Source of the DNA: Asterias rubens
Lineage: Eukaryota
Direction of reading: 5' to 3'
Assembly: GCF_902459465.1 (NCBI RefSeq)
Contig: NW_022985693.1
Location: 1,426,001 to 1,490,000, forward strand
DNA: 64,000 nt
Part shown: in pieces, positions 1 through 14,205 of the stretch
Layout of the letters: each line of letters opens with the position of its first letter
How positions within the stretch are numbered: the first letter of the stretch is position 1
The notes under the pieces: generated by a model
What the model was told of the DNA's origin: nothing
Databases searched by the model: none
Seen by the model: the letters and a program-made list of their open reading frames with translations, nothing else
Made by a program: the position numbers and the translations under genes

Positions 1-3000
1 AATTTTTTTTAAATGATACCAAATTTATCAGAAGTATTTAAATTAAATTCACATGTCATACAGTACATACATTGTATGCCTACATGTAATAGGTATGTTT
101 GCGTGTCCAGTAAAACAGAAACAAACTCAAGTACAGAATGGAATAGTCAAGCGCAATACTTAGAATATTGTATGCATGTACAATCTATGGTCTATACATA
201 CATGTAGGCTTACAATGTAATTGCATACAGCCTACTATCACCCAAAATAAAGTGCACGAGTTAAATTACACACACACAGTACATGAGTCAAATTACACAA
301 TGTGTAGTAGGCCTACATACTGTACACAAAGATCTGGTTTTATCATCAAACTTGTGATGGATCTCTCCCCTACACAAGTCCCTATGGGTATTGTTTACTC
401 TTTGCAGCACTCACTGCAGAGCCTACAAAAAGCCCTGACATTTTGCTGGATCAACTTTCGTGGGTCTTAAGTTTCTCTAGTAAAAGTTTCTCCAGATATC
501 ATTATCTCCGATCACTTTGCAGACTGCAGATGCAATACAAAGCTTTTGATCCTGTGACATTCAAAATGTGCAGTTTGTATTTGTAATATGTGTCCCTACA
601 TGTAGCCTTGAGTACATGATGTTGGCCTACATTTATATAATGTGATTGTATTCTGACAGTATGTAGTTCTTCACAAGGAAACTTAACTTTCCTTAATAAT
701 CTTCCCAGCTGAAACTAAAATGAGTACCAGGCTTTGTTGTACAAAGTTGTAATAAGTCACATGTACCCAAATTCCCATTAAATCCCTCTGACTTCTGAAC
801 TATTTCATAACATGAACACTAATGAACATTAACATTCCCAATAACCATGGCGATGGGCAACAATACAGAGAAATGTCTTGAAAATTGTTTACAGTGTGCA
901 ATGAATACACACCAAACCAGGTCTAAACGATTAGTATTAGTTTAAACCTGGTCTGGTGTACACTGCTCACTGCCATGCAAATCTTTCACCATGATATAGT
1001 GGATGAACTGCACGAGGAGGAACTTCCTCCCTTTATAGCGGAAATGGTATTCTCTAGGATTTCCCAATGGATCTCATCTATCATGTATCTAATAAGTCAA
1101 TGATCTCAATGACAAATCTGGTTTATTCATCATCGGTAGAAGCAGGCATTTTCACTTTCAATTTTTGAAAAAATAAATAAATGTGAAAATCAAACATGTA
1201 AAGGTATTTTTTGATTTAAGTACTTTAACATAGGCCCTAATTATTGTAACAACATTCTTTTCTGAAATAATCAAATATCCTTCCATATATTTAAACCTGT
1301 ACCTAAACTTACAATTTGTCCTGTTCAGTATATTACTAATATTCATTGGTAATTGTTGTTGTTTGTTTATGAATGATATTTTATGGCCTACAAATGTAGG
1401 TTACTGGCTGTGCACCCTTTACTGTTTTTATTTTAGCATGCTCACATTTAATGTCTTGATTTATTTTGCCCAACATCAATGTTTATTGTTTACCTTGATA
1501 TTGTTATTTAAATAACACTTTTATGGGGGAAAATGTATTTAAATGTATTTAAATAAATTAATGTCATTATATCACTATGCACCAACACTGAAAAATGGGT
1601 TGAACTGGAAGGTGTTCCAAGGATAAAATAAATGAATAATAAAAACAAACATTCAATGACATGATAAAAAAAACAAGCCAATCAGTACCATGGACTTAGT
1701 AAAACATTTGTAGTTAAAAACAAGGGCATTGCCCCCCCCCCCCCAAAAAAAAACAGTCAACTAAAAACAAACAAACAAACAGGTTCGTCTTTCCAACATG
1801 GATTTAAGGGATTGGTACTGAGCTATTGTTATAATTCAGTGCAAGACCAGATCATAACAATGACTTTTATCAATGTAATTTTTTTTAGATCCCTTGGCTT
1901 ATCATCATCAACTCTACTTTTAATAGGTCAAGTCCACACAGGACACAATGTAAAGGTCACACAGGTAACTGATGTTACAATAACGGTGACGAGATTAAGT
2001 GTTACTAATTAACACAGTATCTGCTATCCAGGGGCCAGCCTAGAGGCATAGAGCAAGAATCAAAATTCTATGGCCAATGTGTACTGTACTTTCAAGTCAG
2101 TAGTTTGTGTTCTAATTGAAGGAGTTCTTTTGCGTTTTATTGGCAGGATGATTTTTTTTCAGCAGATTTTCTTTAAACTTTACATCTATTATTATTACAT
2201 TAATAATGCTCTTAGTCTTAGTATGATAAATTATTTTATGTTACAAGTTGAAATTTGTGTTTAGGTAAGCTATCTTTAGAATACAAACATAAGAAGGTAT
2301 GTATACTGAGAGTGACAGAGCAGGGTCCCTACAGTACACACTGTTCAACATATAAATTCCTATGCAATGAGTTGGTTTAACTTTGAAATTTGCTATGAAG
2401 AATCGTTCATTCATAAACACCCCAGACAGTTTCTCTACATGTACTCCTATTGGTGGAGAGCGCGTTACGTAGGGGTGTTTAGACGGTTGATAATGACCAG
2501 TGTTTATAACCGGCTGGCTTCCGCGTGTCAGGCGCGCAAGATTATCACGCGGAACGCAATTCATAGCTATTAGTAACAGCGTGTAATCTACTTCTAAGCG
2601 CGCACGCGTAATCTATTTCTGAGCGCGTGCGCGTGCGTACACACAACCCACGCGCAACAGACTCTTCACAAAGTTTTTGAAAAGAATATTTCAAACCTCG
2701 AATTTTTAACTATCAAAGTGTCTGTAATTGTATTTTGTTTACGTTTTTTAACAAAAGGGCATTTATGAATTGGAATAAAAGAGTAGTTGACTCATTCTTA
2801 AACGTCCGTTTCAACCTTGCAGGGTCGTTGCCGTGCGCTAAAGGACCTCGCCTCCGGCTCTGGCCTTTATCACACGGCAATTCGAACCTGCCGGCTTTAA
2901 ACGGCAGTGTAAGAACTCGGCAGTGTAATAAACTATCTGCCTGAGCAATGAGCATACACAGTGTACATTGAATGTAAAGTAAAAAATTACAACATGGGAG

Positions 3001-4100
3001 TGCAAACTTTCCATTTCCTTGATGGTACACCTTCTATAACCTTCATACAAACAATGTATCATAATCTCAAAGTAATGATTCACGGTGTATGGAATGTGGT
3101 AATGTCCACTGTCAGTGTCAAAAGGCCACTTTAACAGAAATTAGAGAAATATGTTCATGATGTTGAAATAATTTAACCCAGTATACAGTTCAGTACACCT
3201 ACATACATGTAGGCATACATGTATGGAATTCTTAGAGTAGATATCAGACCATACGTACATGTACATATAGGTCAATATAAACATTGTGAAACACTGTGAA
3301 TACAATAATATGGTGCCAGATATTTTTTCCTTTGTGTGATTGATGCTCTTGTTCAGTGTATCCTAACAGGGCCCTTAACCTGAACCAAGGTGCACTTGTG
3401 CCTGTTGTAAAGACAATTCTCCTGGTGAACAGAGATGCACAAATGTAATTTAAAAAGTTGTATAACTTTATCACAAACAATTTGTATACATGTAAAATGA
3501 CCTTATGTTTTGACCAATCAGAATCTTCCTCAAATGCCACATGACAATTAAACACAATACTGTACAAAAAGATGACTTTGTACATATAATAAAGTCAAAT
3601 CATCATATTAGGCCTATACATGTAGTATGCCAGTACAAATTGGGCGCAATATACAGCTGGTGGCCATTATTTCCTTTACAATTTTAAGGGAAATAGACAG
3701 GAAACAGTGCATTACTTTATTTGGGTCACCAGTTTGTCTGAATCTGTGGCCTGACTGCTACAGGACAAAGAGAATGTCAGGATGTGTCCTCGATGTAGCG
3801 ATATGTAATTAACCATGGAGGAAATTTTTGTGCAGTTTGTGTAATGGTGTCATAATACAAAATAAACAGAGACAAACAATGTCTGCAACTTTACAAAGTA
3901 TTTTTTCAATCATTACTTAAAACATGCACATCTTATTTACTACATTGGTATTTTTATTTACACCAATGATTTCACAATTTCAGCATTGTTACTTCCTCCT
4001 TACTGCCCGTACTGTTTATCTTGTAACTAACTGTACTTTTCCATACTTTGAATAATATGAAAACATACAACAAAACTTGATGTTTTAGTAATGATATTAA

Positions 4101-4463
4101 AGCCATTATACCCTTTCGGTACAGGTAAAAAAAAAGTTCACAGATTTACAAATAATTTACAGGGTTTACAGAAGGTAATGGTGAAAGATTTCTCTTGAAA
4201 TATTGTTCCATGAAATGCTTTACTTTTTGAGAAAACATTAAAACAATGTAAATTCTCATTAGCAAGAATTACGGATTTATTTTAAACACATGTCATGACA
4301 CGGCAAAACGCGCGGAAACAAGAATGGGTTTTCCCGTTAATTTCTCCTGACTCCGATGACAGATTGAACCTAAACTCTCACAGGTTTGTTATTTTATATA
4401 TTAATTGTGATACACGAAGTGTGGGACTTTGACAATACTGTTTACCGAAAGTGTATAAAGGCT
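4101..4463. mobile_element. Non-autonomous TTAA-flanked DNA transposon (Kolobok-like MITE, family A)
   Basis: TTAA|AGCCATTATACCCTTTCGGTA ... TACCGAAAGTGTATAAAGGCT|TTAA: terminal inverted repeats flanked by TTAA. Confidence 0.7.
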
Positions 4464-5261
4464 TTAAAGAGGAAATCAACAGGTTGTTCCAATATTCTCC
4501 AGCTAATTCTCTTGTTTAGATGTCTCACTAATTAATTGAAGACATGCTATTTTGGGGGTGTACACTATAACATTTATCATGTAACTTTGTTTTTCTTTTT
4601 TTCTTATTCCTCAGGTGCCTAATAAAAGCATTTCATCAAAAAAATGTATTGAAGGTGCTGCTGGTACATGTATAATACATGTACATGTAAGATTTATATT
4701 ACTTTTAAACAGAATTAATCATTTGTTTTTCCTGGTAATTTTTTTTTCCAAAATGGAAAGTACAGTACAGTCAAGTACATGTACATGTAATGTAAATCTT
4801 AGTATGCAGAGGTTAAATTCATAGACACTACAATGAGTAAATATGGTATCTATCATACTTGTATTGTACTTGGTGTACAATGTAAATTCTAAATAACACC
4901 ATAGTAACCCGTTTGCTTACTGTACAAAATGCAGGCAATGACATGAACATTTATGACGTACATACACAAGTGTGTTCTGGTCTGTGCATAGAGGGTCGTC
5001 CAAGAACATCCACACACCATGCCCTACCCTCAAGCTTGTTGAGCTTAAAGTTCAGGTCACATTTGTGAATTACGAGAAGATTTTTAAAGCCAACGCCCAT
5101 GGCTCACATACTTGATGGAAGTTTTGCACTATGGTTTGAATGTACAATCACATTAAACTGGTTTTGTACGTACATGTATCATTTACAACACTTGACGAAA
5201 TCAAGGATCTTTTTTTATGAAAGCACATGATTTAAAGGCAGTGAACAATTACAATGTATTA

Positions 5262-7269
5262 CCGTAATTTTCGGATTATAAACCGCGCGGAGTATAAACC
5301 GCACTTCCTCAAAATATACAAAAAAATATTTAATGTCGGCATATATGCCGCGCGGAGTATAAACCTCGACCAAAAAAAAAAAAACATGAAAACAAACTAA
5401 CCTCGAAAACACGGAAGTGAAGTACCCAAACCTGCCGCGTTACGGGTGATTTTTTTATTTCACACTATCAGTCCTGAATTATCCTTTGTTTCCATCAACA
5501 ACCCTTTTCCAGAATTTGAATTTATATTTTGATGATCGGTTGTGTTGACCATGTTTTGTGAACTTCTTTGGCAACAAATCTCCGTGAATCAAAGATCGGT
5601 CGACAACGCACACCTAGAAATAGTTGAACTTTGCCTGCATCGCATCGCCCTCTGTTGACAAAAGTTGTTCACGTTTGATTAGACTTGGCCACAATCCGCG
5701 AAGTGTGGGTCAGACGTTCAGGCTATGTGTTGTACAATAGGGAGCCGATCCGTCCGAAATCTAGCCAAGATTTTATAAATGGAACTACCACCGGCCAATC
5801 ATCAAACGGCCAATCACAGCATGCGCACAAAGGGGCCGTGCTTGTTTGCGGTCCTCTTTGTGGCGATGTGCAGTGACGGACGGGTGGCACATCAGTCAGT
5901 CTTGTATAGTTGCCACAATGCGCGAGTTGCGTCGTAATTGAAGTTGAAATGTATTTAAGTTTACACTATTGATCGTAATTGAAAAGATCTATTATAGGAT
6001 AGCAATCGTTTTGCAATCTTTTTTGCGTGAGGAGCTAGCCGCTCTGTTTTGCAGCGACAGCGAAGACAGCGACTTCGAGGGTTTCAATTTGTAAGAAACC
6101 AGATAGATCAAGACATCCAACAAAACCAACAGTTCTTTTCAGAGCTACCACTACTTCCAAAAAGAGATAACCGTGCAAAGTGAAATAATAAAATATAAAA
6201 AAAAAAGAAGTGGATTACCTGGCCCCTGAACAAAGAAAAATCCCCTTATTTAATAAACACAACCCCTGTTGAATCCCGATAAATTATAAAGTTACAAAAA
6301 AATACCTTTGATTAATAAACCAAATCCGTTCGAAGCCATTTATTAAAAAACAAAAAGAGAGAACCTAAAAATATTAATAGTAATAGTATAAGCGGTATAG
6401 CATGCCCGATTATTCTGGCATCCATTTAAATCCCCAATTCATTACAATTAATAAAAACCCTTTATTTAAAACCCAACAAGATTTAGCATTAAAAGAACCC
6501 TTTATTTAAAATCAGCCCAATATTGTGCGACCAGTAATAAATAAGAAACTCTGCCCTTCAGAGAGTTTACACAAGTGCCGCTACATGTTCAAGGTTAATG
6601 GACTCAACAATGAGGGCGGTTTGAACACGTTTTGTTTGATCCCAGGCGCTGCATAGTTCTTTGTGTACGTTCATTCACCATTCTGATGTTGTGGTTGAGC
6701 TGAAGAAACCGCTGGCTGTCACGAGTGTAGCCTGGAAGTCCGACGTCAGTATGTAGAGATCGTAAGATAAATAGACAGGGGACCAGTCTATTTCGCTCTC
6801 ACACGAGTGCATCCTGAATGTCTGACGTCAGTATGTAGAGATCGTAAGATAAATAGACAGGGGACCAGTCTATTTCGCTCTCACACGAGTGCAGCCTGAA
6901 TGTCTGACGTCAGCATATATATATTGCTAGGATAAATAGACGGGGACCAGTCTAGTCTGAGTTTCGCTGAGCGAGGGCGCGGACGGCGGTTGATTAACGT
7001 TTTACAAAGGAAACACGGAATACAAATGGGGTGGGATTTTCAACAGGACTTTGTCATCACACAGGCATGTTTTGCAGGTTTTTGTTCTCGTTTCTTAAAA
7101 AAAATAATATTTGGAATGTTTTACATACGATCTTTCTTTTTAAAAATGCCGTTTTTTCTCTTAAATATTTATACGTCGGCCTACAAGCCGCCCGGAGAAT
7201 AAACCGCAGGGGTTCAAAAAAATGTCAAAATCAACATATAAACCGCGGTTTATAATCCGAAAATTACGG
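5262..7269 (+). mobile_element. Non-autonomous Tc2/pogo-like (TcMar) DNA transposon, about 2.0 kb
   Basis: TA-flanked TIRs CCGTAATTTTCGGATTATAAACCGCG / CGCGGTTTATAATCCGAAAATTACGG. Retains a pogo-like transposase C-terminal tail REELAALFCSDSEDSDFEGFNL* at 6026-6094. Confidence 0.8.
6720..6955. repeat. 82-bp tandem repeat, about 3 copies, inside the Tc2-like element
   Basis: cacgagtg...gacgtcag...gataaatagac(a)ggggaccagtcta recurs at 6720, 6802 and 6884. Confidence 0.85.
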
Positions 7270-7602
7270 TAGCATAAACCTTACTTGGTAACAAGTAAAG
7301 GGGGGCTGTTGATGGTTAAAAATATTGTGAGAAACAGCTCCCTCTGAAGTAACCATGGAGGTCGTTTTTGAGAAAGAAGTCATTTTCCATGAATTTGATT
7401 TTGAGACCTCAGATTGAGGTCTCGAAATCAAGCATCTGAAAGCACACAACTTCGTGTGATAAAGGTGTTTTTTCTTTCATTATTATCTCGCAACTTCGAT
7501 GACCGATTGCGCTAAAATTTTCCCAGGTTATTTTAAGCATATGTTGAGTTACACCAAGTGAGAAGACTGATCTTTGACAATTACCAATAGTGTCCAGTGT
7601 CA
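7270..7602 (+). mobile_element. Kolobok-like TTAA MITE (family B); 5' stub at 5236-5259, split by the Tc2-like element
   Basis: Internal sequence matches copies at 29847, 32652 and 36525. Ends ttaccaatagtgtccagtgtca|TTAA. Confidence 0.75.
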
Positions 7603-7666
7603 TTAACGTAATGTAGAAAGTACAAAGTAAATGTTCTGTACAGATTGTGAATACTGTACAACCAAG

Positions 7667-8020
7667 TAAGCTGCCACGATATTATCAAACATCGCGATAC
7701 TAATTTGGAAACGATTTCGATATCGGATCGATTTGGTTTTAATCAAAATATCGATATATCGCGATATTGATTAAATATCGCGATATCGATTAAGTATCGC
7801 GATATCAATTAAGTATCGCGATGCATTTCCTAGCCGAGACATCTTGCACCCCATAGGTTTGGAGTAAAACCAGAAGAATAGGTTATTAGAACACCTCTCT
7901 TATGCTATGCATGACTGTCTCTTCTACAACTTTCACTCGGAGTTTGAAGACTGATTATGTCAAATTTAATTAATCCCGATTATATCGAATATCGCAATAT
8001 ATTGTAAATATATTGTATAT
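7667..8020. mobile_element. hAT-like MITE with ATCGCGAT subterminal repeats; inverted copy of 21544-21912
   Basis: About 350 bp of near-identity in reverse orientation with 21544-21912. Confidence 0.65.
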
Positions 8021-8200
8021 TTACACATGGACACTGAAAATTTATATTAGACCACCTCATAATAAGACAAAACAATACAAAACCAGTTGAAGTCCCACAT
8101 GCACCTCAAAGTCAATTGCACTTTGAGTTAGTTTCAATTCAAATAGTAAAAAAAGTACTAGACATTTAGCACATCTGCAACATGCATGTTATTATCTTAC

Positions 8201-11200
8201 CAACATTCTCTCAAAGGCAGCATCCACCTCCTGGTCTGTAAGCTGTTGCTGGATCCTCTCATATTCCTGCAGAGCTTCTTCATCTTCCACTGAGGGGCGT
8301 GTCTGCATTCGCTGATCTCGCTTTGCACTGGATTCAGCCTTCTTTGATGGCTTCGCCGATATCCGGATACCTCCAAACTGTAAAGCATACATCAGATGAA
8401 AATCATAAATATCAAATACTTTATTTGTAGGTAGATAAGGTTAGTAGGCCTATTCAACATCTGAATAGTCAGCCAAAATTGTACAACAAAATACTGAATC
8501 AAAGGTTTCTCTTGCTGAAAACTGAGAAGCAGCAACTGATAAAAATAACAGTTTCATAGACAGAAAAAACCTAAATAACAAGCTAGATACAAAAACTGAC
8601 CATGATTTCACTGCTTCTGATGATGAGAAGTTATACACAAATAGCAGTACAGTGAGTACAAGCTGCCATGTAATGACGGTGATCCATGCAGCTCCACCTG
8701 TGCGTCTAGTCTGAGGTCCTTGGTCTATTTATTGACAGACGCCAGCCAATTATAGTCTTCAACAGCTTCCGTTAAAAATTAATTTAAATTGGGTCTAAAC
8801 TTGTTTGTTTCCAAAATGATACACAGCAAGAATATACATACAGTACAACGAAGCATTATATGTTTCAAATTATGCATTTTGTGTACTTATGTTATGCCAA
8901 GTTTACTTGTTTAGCGTACTTGCACAAGGAAAATACCACCATCTCATGTAAAGCCATAACAGAAATTTATCCCAATCTACTGTCCATGTCATGGTCGGAC
9001 GGTCCAAGTCAAATACTTGTTTAAATACTTGTTTCTAAAACTACTGTGCAACACATTTGTTAGTATTGTAGTACTGGAGGATTTGGCAACGACTCTTGTA
9101 GACATGCATGACATGGAGGATTTGGCAAAAGGAGTACAGTAAAAAATCTTCCTGTTAGGCTCTGCACCAAGGAAATTATTTCCTTGATGAAAATGTCCTC
9201 ACAAAACTTATCAAAAAGAAGAAAAACCCTACATGTATCTTATTTTGAGTACATGAACTTCTAGTGGGTCAACACTCTTGGAATGTCATGACTAGGATTG
9301 GATTACCTTACAGAGGATAACATACATACAATATGTGCAAGCAGCATCACATCTTCTCTTGAATTGACAGATTTGTATGTCAGTATGGACAATGATGGAA
9401 GATGAGAGTAGACCATTCTTTTTTTCTTTTCTTTGGAAATTCATTTTGTGAAAGCCATCACCTTTAAACACTGCATGATAGAAAACAGGTTATTTTACTT
9501 TTACTACAAGGCCAACAATTGTATGAACACAATAGAATTAATACAATTGCCTTGATTTTAGCAATCAATTAAACCTGTTTGCACTGTTATTGATTGCACA
9601 TCATTTTAACTGTTATTATTATTTAAAGATTAGTTGGCACAAATGCAGGTAAAACAGTTAAGTGGTGTCAAATTTAAATCAATCGGTCATGTATTGTATT
9701 TTAAGAAGACACATTACATTGACAAAGTACGCAAAATAACAACAATTTGTTGTATTGTTGTTGTATTCGTAGTTTTCTTTATATGTTTTTGTCTTTTTTT
9801 GTTTTTATTGTGTTTGCAATTTTTATGACTGCCTGTGAAATAAAATAAATATAATAGAAATTACTGCCAGATGAAATGATTACCTGCATACTCATAATGA
9901 ATATTCAAAAAGTATAGGATCAATGAATTAGGGGTGTCCATTCTTTTTGAACAAACCTCTATTTTAACTTCTCATTAGAAAACATTTAAACAATGCTTTG
10001 CACCAGCTTGGTTCAGAAGTCACCTATATAACCTTGAACCTCTAATGAAGAAGCCAAAAGTTTTACAAGAAGGTCAAAGCTTTTAATGAGATGAAACCAT
10101 TCTTCAAACGTCACAAACTGTAGTTCCACATCCACACAGCATTCCTCATCACCCTTTTCCACTCTTACATCTGATGAATGCTCAGATGGACAGACTTAAC
10201 TTGACTTATGTCAATTATCTTCCAACATGGTCTACTCTACCATGTCTAAGGTGGTTTCTAAGGTGAATCCAACCCATGACCGTTCTTACAATGTAGGTAT
10301 TCAATTGAACCAACAAATACATTCGCTGTAAAATGCCATCCACTAGCCTATTCCTCAAAGAATTCATTTAAGGATTAGCAGGAAAGGTGGACTGCATGGC
10401 ATCATTTGGTCAAATAATGAGAGTGCAATAAAACAATGCTGTTTTAAAAAACTAAAGTCCATAAAACCTGGCCTTCATTTGTGAAATGGTAATAAACCAC
10501 CCCCAAAATGATGTGATCAAGGGTATGATGCACCACAGCTAAATCGGATCCAAACCTATACAAGCCAAAGTAAAAGTGGAAATCGAGAGGCTACACCCTA
10601 AATAGTACTCCAGCAGTACCAGTACTGCTGGAGTACCACACACATCATCATTGACATCATTTATTAATTAAAAATCCCAAAATTGCCTTTGACTACTACT
10701 CCGGACACCATCTGGTATTATAACAACAATGCATCTGGCATTGTGAATCTACCTTTTATGCGTTATATCAATCATTTCTGTATAAAATCAAGTACATGCT
10801 TGGGCAATGAAGGATCCACAATGCATGCATGAACAGTGTACTTCACTGATGGGTGAATCCCTTTTTAAATGAAAAAAACTATAAGGAAAGCTGGACATAA
10901 AAGTAAGGAAGCCAGTGTTTACAAGTTAAAATGAAACATTCAATGTACTTAAAAATTTACAAATTAAAAACATAAAAACAAATTAGGGCCCTTTTCAGCC
11001 ATTGCAGAAATCTATCGCAACTTTTGTTATCGCAATGTTTAAATAATTAAGAGGGAAATCAAGAGGGTAACCAAGCTAAACTGCTTACTGTATTGTATAT
11101 TTTGCATCCAGTATGAGGGGATTTTTTACTGAGATAACACATGCAGACACTTGGGTGCGGTCTGACAAAAACATTTTAGTTCACTATATTAAAGTACAAC

Positions 11201-13873
11201 ATAACCTCTGTAATAAAATTCTAACAAATGTGTTGTTTGTGCAGTATACGAATAATGAATGTTAAGAGTAAACTACGGAGAGAATATTTTCATCAGTTGA
11301 GATGGAATGTTTCATTCCACAAGATGAAGCCTTGCCTAATTTAATGGAACTGTCAACAAATGCAAACAAATTCTCCATGTATTTGTTTTATATAACTTAC
11401 TAACAAGAATGTTGGGATTTGGCATCCAAAATACGGGCATTTTTACTGCTGTGTTGAATGCGTGCACACACTTGGTGCAGTCTAGCGTGCAATAGTTTTA
11501 AAAAAAGATGGGACATAACCACAAGCAATAAACATTGCAAATAGGGGACCTCCTATTGTCCCGCTTTTGTTTGTACTTTTTGGCAACAGCTCCCAATGGT
11601 TATGTACACACTTTCCAACTGGGGACCTTTACCCAACTTGGGCCCTATCTTTTGTTCCATGTAGACCTGGATTGATACCTATCCAGCCCTACACCCAGAC
11701 TGGCTTGAAAGGAGGAGAGATGGCCCTGGTAGGATGCACTATAGTGATGTCCTGGGTTTAAAGCTATACAATGCAACTAAAGTTTCAACTAACGTTTGTC
11801 CATTCTTTTACCTGATTTATGAAGATGAAATAACATTCTTCATGTCCTTAACTACACTTTTTGATGGGTCAATAAACAAAATAGTCATAGGTGACATTAT
11901 TCCAGAAAATGTGTTAAAAAGCTTTGTGGGGTCCAGTGAGTACATTACATGGACTATAATCCACAAAGGTTCCAGGCGCAAGTTAAATACTAAAACATTT
12001 TTTACAAAACATTTTGCCAAGGAAGTAGCAGGGGGTAGCAGGGGACCTTTATACTCAGGACTCTGGTGCATGTAGCACTGCACATTGGAGTAGTCCACTG
12101 AAACCCATCACCAAACTACCGTACCATCAACCAGGGCCCATTTTCATAGAGCTGCTTAAGCACTAAATTTTGCTTTAAGCAAAACAATCCTTGCTCAGTA
12201 AAATCAGATTACCGGCCAAGACTCCACTCTTAATTGTTATGCTAAGTAAACAACAGCTAAATAACAGTCACAAGCAATGTATACAGCATGAAATTTTTGC
12301 CTGTTACATGCATAAAATAAGCAAACAATTTTCATTCTTAAGCAAATGTTTTTGCTTAAGCAGCTATATTAAATCGGCCCCAGGTTGAAGCCATTCAGAT
12401 GAGGGCAGCCAGATTTGTGCTGAACATCTACATGTATGACCCCACTGAACAACAATTCTTCAGAATCTACAGTGGGGTTCACTCGAATAGACCGTATTGA
12501 ATAAACCCTTTTTTGCTATGAAAGTCGCCATCTTGTAGGTTAAACTGTATGCACGTCTACACGCACACATCAAAGGAACACGCAGCACGCAGCATTCCCG
12601 GTTTGATTTCTACACACACTCGCAGACGCCATCTTGTAGTATTTCTTGGACACGTGGACATGTTTTGTACACAAAGCACGGATCGGATATTTTTTCTTTC
12701 CAGGACGAACGTGTGCAGATCATTTTCCACGTTCGTCCTAAAAAAAATATATATGCGCACGATCAACTTCGTGATGCATTCGTAGTGTAGTGGTAAAACG
12801 GAATAGATGGGGACTGAATTATTACGGACTAATAATTTAATTTTAGAGATTGCGGAGTGGATTTCCTGGACCATTTCCTAGGTCAATTAGAGTTCAAATA
12901 ACACGTAGGGGCTAATTTTGCGAAATTTGATTAAAAAAAGAGAGATTTACCAAATGCCAATAGTCAAAACCGCCCCGTTTGTGTTGCGTTTGGCTATCGT
13001 CTCTGTGAACCTCATATACTCATGAGTCTAGACAGTCATAGGTTGACATGTCTAACAACACTGTCAGTGTTGTGAGACATGTCAACCTATGTCTATATTA
13101 TGAGTATATCACTTTTTTATATGAGGTTCAATTCAATTCAATACACTTTATTTCCAAATCCAAACAATTAAACAAAACAATAAGCAGTGAATAAAGAACT
13201 ATGTTTTACAAGCAAATGGAATAATGATAATACATGAAGTAATACTATAATACTACATTTTACAAGCAAAGGCAAAATATAAATTACGGAAAACAAGCAA
13301 AAAACATACAGAGCACAAGGTGATGGAGTTGGAGGGGGCCCATAAAAAGCAAAGCTTGTCGAGTATGGACCCCCTAACGAAAGGTTCACGGAGACGATAG
13401 CCGAACGAACCTCAACCCCTCAACTCAAATAAAATACTATAAACTATAGTTCTAATTTTCTAATTCTATCTACTCTAGTGTAATACTAGCGTAGTAGTAG
13501 TACGTAGTGGCCTTATAAAAAAAACTAACTTAAACTTGCAATTGCATGACTTGTTTGGTTTGCATGACTTGTTGTCTTGTGTGTGGTGTGTAGAACCATA
13601 CTCTCTATGGTAGAACTGTGTAGGCTACTTTCATTAACAATATAAAGTTACATGAGCAATTAACTATTTCAACTATTTCAGTCGATACATAGTTGAAAAT
13701 AACAATCCGTGTGATACACACCCAACATTGAAAAAATATACATTACATACATTACAATTGCAATACAATGTACATGACACTGACAATACACGAAGTGTGT
13801 CAGACGACAGAGCAGACGAGACCAAGTTTTTACTTACAAAACTGGAGCGCTTCGACATATCCTTTTTATCCAT
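8201..13873 (-). CDS. DIAPH: Diaphanous-related formin, N-terminal coding exons (partial; gene continues left of the window)
   Basis: Exon 13873-13838 encodes MDKKDMSKRSSF followed by donor GTAAGT. Exon 8377-8201 (CAG acceptor, GTAAG donor, phase 0/0) encodes FGGIRISAKPSKK...EYERIQQQLTDQEVDAAFERML, resembling the start of the Dia GTPase-binding domain that precedes (E/L)DMNL in DIAPH1-3 and fly dia. I could not find the next DMNL exon in 1-8200. Confidence 0.7.
12134..12380. mobile_element. PIF/Harbinger-like MITE
   Basis: TIRs GGGCCCATTTTCATAGAGCTGCTTAAGC / GCTTAAGCAGCTATATTAAATCGGCCC. Confidence 0.6.
12987..13407. mobile_element. MITE-like element with ~26-bp TIRs and an internal near-perfect hairpin
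   Basis: cgtttggctatcgtctctgtgaacct at 12987 versus aggttcacggagacgatagccgaacg ending 13407. Confidence 0.55.
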
Positions 13874-14069
13874 ATTTGTTGGCTCTTCGAGATTCAGTTG
13901 TAACTCAAACGCTTGCCTCAAGTTGAAGTTCCAAAATACTGTCCGTCTGCTTCAAAAAAAATCTGTGTAAAACCCATATATACGGCAAACTTTGACATGG
14001 GAGGATCCCATTTTTACGATTTTCAACTCTTCATATTTCGCCATCGGATGTGTGAGGTCATGACCCTGA

Positions 14070-14205
14070 CAATCAACCAATCACGAAACCCGAAATGCCC
14101 GTGGAGAAATCGAGCAAGGTGTTTGAAGGGCGACCTCTACGTCATACTTATCATCTCTCAAATTCTACAAACGTAAACAAAATGGGCTGAAGGGGGCGGG
14201 GCCCG
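14070..14205 (-). promoter_or_regulatory. Putative DIAPH promoter (CCAAT box, TACGTCA CRE-like site, GC box GGGGCGGGGC)
   Basis: Motifs aaccaatcac (~14075), tacgtca (~14138) and ggggcggggc (~14192) lie in a CpG-richer patch about 200-330 bp upstream of the ATG at 13873. Confidence 0.45.

Noticed and set aside
11734-12098. Overlapping 113-aa and 93-aa ORFs in DIAPH intron 1
   Set aside because: No recognisable motif and no phase-compatible splice sites identified.
12775-12800. gcattcgtagtgtagtggtaa resembling a tRNA 5' half
   Set aside because: No anticodon arm, T-arm or B box follows.
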